Shown: positions 10,086 to 15,424 of the stretch, in pieces | Position numbering within the stretch: the first letter of the stretch is position 1 | Layout: every line of letters begins with the position of its first letter | Program-made: the position numbers and the translations under genes | The notes under the pieces: generated by a model | Databases searched by the model: none | Seen by the model: only the letters and a program-made list of their open reading frames with translations | Told to the model about the DNA's origin: nothing | Source: Candidatus Nanosynbacter lyticus | GTDB taxonomy: Bacteria; Patescibacteriota; Saccharimonadia; Saccharimonadales; Saccharimonadaceae | Length of the DNA: 32,000 nt | Assembly (NCBI RefSeq): GCF_000803625.1 | Contig: NZ_CP007496.1 | Location: 270,001-302,000, forward strand | Direction of reading: 5' to 3'

Positions 10086-10297
10086 TGTGGCGGGCTCAAG
10101 CGGTTCTGCTCGGAATCGTCCTCTGCGTTGAGGATGACTCTACGAGTGAATCTCGCGAACCCGAAAGTTGGAAAACATCAATACTTCCACGTGCCGGCTC
10201 ACGTTGCTAGGCGTCGTTGTCTAGCGGGGAAATATTGATGAACCTGAACGCCGCTAGGCGCTTTCGGCGTTGTGTCCCAGGTTTTTCGATTGCCGGA
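10086..10297 (-). ncRNA. Unclassified, densely structured RNA (~210 nt) between the tRNA-like element and the terminator
   Basis: Several long helices pair by eye: AACCTG/CAGGTT plus AACGCCG/CGGCGTT, a 13-bp helix closing two hairpins, and GGTTC/GAACC closing two hairpins. There is no credible ORF. The segment is bounded by an encoded CCA on the 5' side and an intrinsic terminator on the 3' side. Confidence 0.4.
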
Positions 10298-10372
10298 TGG
10301 CGGACATGGAGGGAGTCGAACCCCCTATCCAGCCTCTATCTAGAGATAGAGGGGTTTCCGATTTACATGTCC
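10298..10372 (-). ncRNA. tRNA-like element (acceptor stem + T arm + encoded CCA, no anticodon arm; tmRNA-TLD-like)
   Basis: The minus strand reads GGACATG TAAATCGGAAAC CCCTCTATC-TCTA-GATAGAGG CTGGATA GGGGG-TTCGACT-CCCTC CATGTCC G CCA. It has a perfect 7-bp acceptor stem and a canonical T-loop, but one 8-bp helix with a tetraloop replaces the D and anticodon arms. Confidence 0.55.
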
Positions 10373-10422
10373 CTTGATTCTTTCCCGGATTACCGGCTGG
10401 GGAATCAGACCCAGGGGCAGGC

Positions 10423-10569
10423 TTAAGCCTTTTTGCCGCAGTTCGGGCAATGGAATTTCCATGACTTAAGCTTCGAGGGGTCCACGTAGAAAACGCTTCC
10501 ACATTTACTACAGGTTTTCATTGTAGTGTACAGACCCGTGGGGGTGTTCTTTCCATAATATTTGAACAC
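10423..10569 (-). CDS. Small zinc-ribbon protein (48 aa from GTG; core 32 aa from ATG 10521)
   Basis: Two CxxC pairs, CSKC...17 aa...CPNC. The SD GAGGTG (10580-10575) lies 5 nt upstream of GTG 10569. The longer 68-aa track ORF has no SD. Confidence 0.5.
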   Translation of the reverse strand: MFKYYGKNTPTGLYTTMKTCSKCGSVFYVDPSKLKSWKFHCPNCGKKA

Positions 10570-10667
10570 CGTCTCACCTCTTTCCTGAAAGAAAAGAGCC
10601 GACCTCCCAACTGTGCTCCTAGAGAGCACAACTTAGAAAAGTCAGCTCCACTAACAAAGCGTTTATT

Positions 10668-10696
10668 ATAATAACACTAACTATAAAAAAATGCAA
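10668..10696 (-). promoter_or_regulatory. Putative promoter for the zinc-ribbon ORF / tRNA-like RNA transcript
   Basis: TTGCAT (10696-10691), 17-nt spacer, then TGT-TATTAT (10673-10668). It lies immediately downstream of the helicase stop codon. Confidence 0.45.
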
Positions 10697-10714
10697 CAAT
10701 ATACTAGAATATTT

Positions 10715-13700
10715 TTATATCTCCCCTGTCAGAAGGTCGTTTTCAAATTGTAGCATCCCCTTATAATCCGCCGAATAGCCAGAAACGTCTGGCAGATCTA
10801 GGGTGGTGATTTTTCGCCAAATAATCTCAATCAGTTGCGTAAATTCAGACAATTCTTCTCTGGAGAATGTGTCTTCCAAGCTAAGAATATCGCCGGTCTT
10901 CATGTCTGGCTCGACAAATTGTAGTCGCCCGCCAGTAAACGTGAAATTGCTATAATCGCGTGAATGCTCGACCAGCAGCTGATAGAACATCAACTGCTGA
11001 CGATATTTATGAAGTTTGATTTTCTCGTAATCAGCCGAGCCTTTCCAAGAATGAGATGGTTTACCAGTTTTATAATCTGTTACAAATATAGTTTTATTCT
11101 GTTTATCAATGTCGACGACATCAAGTTTACCAGTTAATTTGGCTTCCCCTATAATTACGCCTTGATTAGAAAAGTCCAATTCCGCCAAATCCGTGTCATG
11201 AAAATCAGAGGCCTTGGTGTTTAAGAATGTGGTCAAAGCCGACTTCCCTTTATCCAAGTACAATTGAAAATCATCCGCAGGTAAGTGTTGGTCCTCTAGC
11301 GACTTTTGGAAAAACTGGAGGATTTGTTCAGTGCTTGGCAATTGGTGATCTGTGCTTAATAGATAATGTGCTTGTTGAAGACTGTTGTGAATCGCGGTTC
11401 CGTAAGATGCGGCGGAATTTTTGGCGGCTGGGAAATGCAGCAAATTGTTCAATAAGAAATTCTGTGGCCCGCCGCGCGAAACATCGAGGAAATTATTAAG
11501 ATGCGTTACCGAGAGTTTGTAGGTTTCTAGGTTTGGAGCTAGTAAGTCTTTTAGCTCTGGAATAATCGGTGAAGTCAAGCGTTCCGACCAACTGGTCTTG
11601 GCAATTTCAATCTGTTCTGTTGGATTTTCGATGGCGGGAATAATAGTTGGCGTGTGATTAGTGAGGAAGCTGGCAATTATTGTGTCGCTGCCAGAATCGT
11701 TGGTCTGCGAGTAAGTCATCGTCAAGGTGTTTTTGGCGCGGGTCATCGCCACGAAGAACAGACGAAGTCGCTCGTCGTAGGTTGCTCCAGCTGGCTGAAG
11801 TTGGAGATTTGCGGGATAGCGGATTAGTCGACTGCGCGTACGAACCTTCTCTCCCCAAGCGCTGTCAATTGCCCCGACAACAAAGACGTGTGGGAATTCT
11901 AGCCCTTTGGACTTGTGGGCGGTCATTAGGTTAATGGCACCGCGGATTGAACTGGCGTACGGTCGGATTTGTGTTAGGCGGGTTTTGGTTGATATGTGAA
12001 GATCTATAAACTCCAGAAAATCTTCCAAGGTTGGATTTTTATCGGTAATTCGGTCACGGAGTTTTTGGCGTAGAGTGCGCAGACTCTCTAAGGTCGTTAA
12101 ATATGTATCGGGGTTTTTCTCTAGCTTGTCTGGTGAAAAATAAAAGTTGGCGATAGAACTCGTCGAGGTATTGTAATCTTTATTGTCAACGGTTAATCCT
12201 AATAGATTATCCAACTGCTCTTCTAGTGGTAGATTTGGTACGTCCTTGGCACGGTCCAGTAGCCACTCGCCAAATTCCTTAAATGTGCTATTTGCCAGCA
12301 TACTTTCCAGCCACAATTGTCTATTTTTATAAGCGTGAAGGCTTAATTTCCAGATGTCTGACGTTGAAAAACCGAATGCTGGATGAGCGATAATCTCTGG
12401 AAGGAGGCTATTGGCTAGGCTTAAATCATTTTGGTGAATTGCCACGATGACTCGCGCTAGCTTATCTAAAATCTGGATAATGTCTTGTTCTAAAATGTCG
12501 TCGTGTCGCTCGTAATTAACCGCGATATTTTCTCTATAAAGATACGGAAGTATCTCGATTAATTCTTTGTGATGGCGCGCAATGATCGTGATGTTTTCTG
12601 GTTTTTCGCCGCTTTTTATTAGCTCGGCAATTTGCTTAGCCACTCCCGCTCGCTCTTCGCTGGCAGAAGAAAATTCTTGGATTTCAACACGCGATCCTTG
12701 GCTGTCTGCGTGCGCTGTCAACTGCTTAGACAGTCCGTCAATGGTATTTTCTAGTCGATCTGAACCTTGGGTGATTACTTGTCGCGCTGACGTTAAAATA
12801 TTTTCAGCCGAGCGATAGTTATCCGTTAGAACGATGATTTTTGGATTGTGATAATGTTGGCGGAAACGCTGGATATTACCTACGTCCGCACCCTGGAAGC
12901 TGAAAATCGCTTGATCATCATCACCGACGGCCATGATATTTGGATTGTCGTCGTTGTCGCTGGTTAAATTGAATAGCAATCGAAGCTGTGCTAAGTTGGT
13001 GTCCTGGAATTCATCGACCATGATGAATTGGAATTGCTCTTGGAGATTTGCACGCAATTCTGGGTGAGATTCGCAGGCTTGAATAACGGATAAAATCATG
13101 TCGTCGTAGTCAAATAACGAGCGCTCGGATAAAATATTTACGTATTTTTCGTAAACGTCGATTACGGCGGATAATTTTTCTGCGGCTGCCGAGTCTTTCA
13201 GGACAAATTCGCCATTGGCATTTTTTTCGCACCATTTATTTTTCCAAGCAGTCAGCGGCTTGGTGGAGTTGGTGTCAATTGCCTCCTGAGCAGCATGCGC
13301 GACGCTAAGCGCTAAGACGTTGGCGTACGGAGTGACGGAAGATGGTAAATTAGAATTTTCTTTTTCGGGATTTTTATCAATTGACTCGGCGATTCTTTCA
13401 GCCATTGGCGCAAATAATTCTATGGTTTTTTTAGATATTTTGGTGGCAAAAATCTGCTGAATGTCTGGCGCAATTTCATCTATAATGCGCTGATTATCCG
13501 CAATAATTGTCTTTAGTTCTGCTGGAGTTAAGCCGCTTTGCTTGAATTCGGAAATAACTCGAATTAGTTCTTTGATATAAACAAATTCCCCGCTATTTTT
13601 CACAGTTAATGGATTTCGCCAATCAAGATTTTCAAGAATTCCAGAGATAATTTGGTACTGTGTTAACTCGTCAACAGGCTGGGCGTCGGCGCCACGGAAA

Positions 13701-14014
13701 AAATATTCTCGATGTTGATTGATAATTTCTGTGCCAAAGCTATGAAATGTATGGATGGCAATTTTATATGCATCCTCGCCAATAATCTGACGAAGGCGTT
13801 GGCGCATGTTGGTGGCGCCACTTTCAGTAAAGGTCAAACATAAAATACTATTCGGTAAAGTATCGGTCTTCTTAAGTATTTGAGCGGTACGCATGCTTAG
13901 CAGCTCGGTTTTGCCTGTTCCTGGTCCAGCAATCACCAGAAGTGAGCCGTGGATATAATCAACAGCTTGGCGCTGATTATCATTTAACTTTGCGTAGCGA
14001 GTATTGAAATCCAT
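10715..14014 (-). CDS. UvrD/PcrA-type superfamily 1 helicase fused to a C-terminal PD-(D/E)XK (RecB/AddA-like) nuclease
   Basis: Walker A GPGTGKT, DEFQDT (motif II), and TAHKSKGLEF plus VAMTRAK (motifs V/VI). The C-terminal GKLDVVD...VTDYKTGKP...YRQQLMFYQLL forms a D..D-x-K plus QxxxY nuclease signature. Confidence 0.9.
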   Translation of the reverse strand: MDFNTRYAKLNDNQRQAVDYIHGSLLVIAGPGTGKTELLSMRTAQILKKTDTLPNSILCLTFTESGATNMRQRLRQIIGEDAYKIAIHTFHSFGTEIINQHREYFFRGADAQPVDELTQYQIISGILENLDWRNPLTVKNSGEFVYIKELIRVISEFKQSGLTPAELKTIIADNQRIIDEIAPDIQQIFATKISKKTIELFAPMAERIAESIDKNPEKENSNLPSSVTPYANVLALSVAHAAQEAIDTNSTKPLTAWKNKWCEKNANGEFVLKDSAAAEKLSAVIDVYEKYVNILSERSLFDYDDMILSVIQACESHPELRANLQEQFQFIMVDEFQDTNLAQLRLLFNLTSDNDDNPNIMAVGDDDQAIFSFQGADVGNIQRFRQHYHNPKIIVLTDNYRSAENILTSARQVITQGSDRLENTIDGLSKQLTAHADSQGSRVEIQEFSSASEERAGVAKQIAELIKSGEKPENITIIARHHKELIEILPYLYRENIAVNYERHDDILEQDIIQILDKLARVIVAIHQNDLSLANSLLPEIIAHPAFGFSTSDIWKLSLHAYKNRQLWLESMLANSTFKEFGEWLLDRAKDVPNLPLEEQLDNLLGLTVDNKDYNTSTSSIANFYFSPDKLEKNPDTYLTTLESLRTLRQKLRDRITDKNPTLEDFLEFIDLHISTKTRLTQIRPYASSIRGAINLMTAHKSKGLEFPHVFVVGAIDSAWGEKVRTRSRLIRYPANLQLQPAGATYDERLRLFFVAMTRAKNTLTMTYSQTNDSGSDTIIASFLTNHTPTIIPAIENPTEQIEIAKTSWSERLTSPIIPELKDLLAPNLETYKLSVTHLNNFLDVSRGGPQNFLLNNLLHFPAAKNSAASYGTAIHNSLQQAHYLLSTDHQLPSTEQILQFFQKSLEDQHLPADDFQLYLDKGKSALTTFLNTKASDFHDTDLAELDFSNQGVIIGEAKLTGKLDVVDIDKQNKTIFVTDYKTGKPSHSWKGSADYEKIKLHKYRQQLMFYQLLVEHSRDYSNFTFTGGRLQFVEPDMKTGDILSLEDTFSREELSEFTQLIEIIWRKITTLDLPDVSGYSADYKGMLQFENDLLTGEI

Positions 14015-14031
14015 AGTTTTATTTTACCATG

Positions 14032-14060
14032 TTGACTAGTTTTAATAGGGTGTGTAATAT
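14032..14060 (+). promoter_or_regulatory. Putative promoter of the secreted-protein gene
   Basis: TTGACT (14032-14037), 17-nt spacer, then TAATAT (14055-14060). The ~80-nt leader contains a 7-bp hairpin GCTAAGG/CCTTAGC. Confidence 0.45.
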
Positions 14061-14145
14061 TAGGGTATCGTGCTAGTTCCTTGCGCGTTTCAGTTAGCTA
14101 AGGGACGCACAGTACCTTAGCGATTTCTATCCTGGAAGGAGAATC

Positions 14146-14490
14146 ATGAGCAAGAGGATTATTTCCGTACTTGCCATCGTCATGCTCACCGCTGGGTCGC
14201 TATTCGTGACTCAGAGTAGCGCCAAGGCATATCCTGGCAACTGCTATTCGGAAGTGACGCCTGATCTCAGAGGGCACGCTAGCTGTCATTCCGGCACGGG
14301 GTATTACCGTGTTAGTGTCAGTTGCGCAGCAGTCTGGACGTTTGGATATGCCTTTGGGGTGTATAGCCCCTGGGTTGCCGTAGGGTCCAGGAATGACGAA
14401 GCCTGGGTATCGTGTCCTCCTGGAGCGTGGCTATGGAAGCCTGCTGGACAGGCTCACTATTACGCGTTCCTCGAGAGGAGAAATCCCTGA
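14146..14490 (+). CDS. Small secreted Cys/Trp-rich protein (hypothetical)
   Basis: Sec-type signal peptide with an AKA|Y cleavage-like site. The mature part of about 86 aa has 4 Cys and many Trp/Tyr. The SD GGAAGGAG lies upstream. The gene is visibly more GC-rich than both flanks. Confidence 0.65.
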   Translation: MSKRIISVLAIVMLTAGSLFVTQSSAKAYPGNCYSEVTPDLRGHASCHSGTGYYRVSVSCAAVWTFGYAFGVYSPWVAVGSRNDEAWVSCPPGAWLWKPAGQAHYYAFLERRNP

Positions 14491-14494
14491 GATG

Positions 14495-14530
14495 AGCCTC
14501 AGAGTCGCTCTTTGGAGCGACTCTGAGGCT
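14495..14530 (+). terminator. 16-bp perfect inverted repeat (terminator-like hairpin)
   Basis: AGCCTCAGAGTCGCTC-TTTG-GAGCGACTCTGAGGCT lies directly after the stop codon, followed by AT-rich sequence with a T-run about 15 nt later. Confidence 0.6.
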
Positions 14531-14562
14531 AAGATTTATAATATTTTTTAAGGAGGGCGTAA

Positions 14563-14880
14563 ATGAAAAACTTAAAAAAGATAAGATTTAGTCATATATA
14601 TATGTTTGTGCTGACGATTGCGTTGATTTTTCTGAGTTATCAAGTCTACTGGCTGAACGAAAAAGGATATCGAAGATCAGTCCAGTCTTCCATCGATTAT
14701 CTTGAAAACGCCCAAAGCATTAAGCGACTTGAGTTTTGTGTTAATCATGCCATTAAAGATTGTACTGAAGAAAATGTCGCTGCCTGGAATGAAAAACATC
14801 CAGAAGACGCGTTTAAGGGTAAAAGCCACTTGGATATTTCCCGTCAAGCAGTTGAATCGGTCAGACAAGTTGGTTATTAG
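14563..14880 (+). CDS. Hypothetical membrane-anchored protein (105 aa)
   Basis: One N-terminal TM helix (IYMFVLTIALIFLSYQVYWL). The SD AAGGAGG lies 6-7 nt upstream. The gene is AT-rich. No family recognised. Confidence 0.55.
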   Translation: MKNLKKIRFSHIYMFVLTIALIFLSYQVYWLNEKGYRRSVQSSIDYLENAQSIKRLEFCVNHAIKDCTEENVAAWNEKHPEDAFKGKSHLDISRQAVESVRQVGY

Positions 14881-14935
14881 ATTTCACATCTTTGCCATCT
14901 CGCGCACCTCATAAAAAAATGGTAAAATATTATCT

Positions 14936-15424
14936 ATGAATAAGGCGACGTACGACGAGCTGGCGCTGGAGCGAATTGCTAAGGAAAAATTTGGTTTTCC
15001 AATTGATGTTCAATCGATAATTTTGTGGCACGCTGATGTTAGTCGCACTGCTAAGGCGTCGGTTTTTTTGACGAATAAAAAGCAGCTGATGATGTACCTG
15101 GAAGCGACCTCGCCGTTAATCTTATCTGATGTTAAAAAGATAATTTCACGAATGGGTATGCGAGCGGAGCTATTTTTACCGCCGAAGGGGCAGCCGCGAT
15201 ATTTTACGGATATTGGTAAGCAAAAATTTCGTGAGGTTTTTCCTGGGCGCAAGCATGTAACTGATGAAGATTTGCACTTTTATAAAACTTTGGCGCCATA
15301 TAATCCTGCTCTGGTGCTTATTTCTGAAGTAAAAAATGGTGAAATATATCAATTTGATTCTGATGCATATGGCAATTGGAGGGTGGGTGCACGCTTCCGC
15401 TACAGAAGGATACAGACAAGCTAA
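14936..15424 (+). CDS. Hypothetical cytoplasmic protein (162 aa), translationally coupled to a P-type ATPase
   Basis: The ORF has TGG-TAAAAT (14920-14928) 7 nt upstream of the ATG and no SD. Its stop overlaps the ATPase start as TAATG (15422-15426). Confidence 0.6.
   Translation: MNKATYDELALERIAKEKFGFPIDVQSIILWHADVSRTAKASVFLTNKKQLMMYLEATSPLILSDVKKIISRMGMRAELFLPPKGQPRYFTDIGKQKFREVFPGRKHVTDEDLHFYKTLAPYNPALVLISEVKNGEIYQFDSDAYGNWRVGARFRYRRIQTS

Noticed and set aside
10086-10297. RNase P RNA, suggested by GAAAGCG… and …GCAGAACCGCUUGAGCC, which resemble the CR-I and CR-V/P4 regions.
   Set aside because: The universal GAGGAAAGUCC, the GGUAAGAGC-type CR-II/III blocks and a P1 closing helix are absent. 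At ~210 nt the segment is far shorter than bacterial RNase P RNA, so the similarity is probably chance. SRP RNA (no GGAA/AGCA domain IV motif) and 6S RNA (ends not complementary) were rejected as well.
10048-10372. A circularly permuted (two-piece) tmRNA with the acceptor piece first and the coding piece downstream of the CCA.
   Set aside because: Downstream of the CCA I find no 7-mer able to pair, even allowing G.U, with CATGTCC to serve as a coding-piece 5' acceptor strand. The candidate frames (for example …LDNDA* and ARQRRLAT*) do not end in the hydrophobic Ala-rich tails of known tags. The acceptor stem is already closed by the upstream GGACATG.
10217-10502. Track ORFs 10217..10426 (+, 69 aa) and 10254..10502 (-, 82 aa).
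   Set aside because: They run through the tRNA-like element and the stacked helices, have no SD or promoter context, and have odd compositions. The RNA interpretation explains the sequence better.
10298-10660. A canonical one-piece tmRNA (ssrA) ending at the T arm/CCA at 10298 and extending upstream.
   Set aside because: The only sequence complementary to the 3' acceptor strand CATGTCC is GGACATG just 68 nt upstream, leaving only a tetraloop where the mRNA-like domain should be. The 3:70 pair is A:U instead of G:U. The upstream region is occupied by a zinc-ribbon ORF with an SD and has no plausible tag reading frame.
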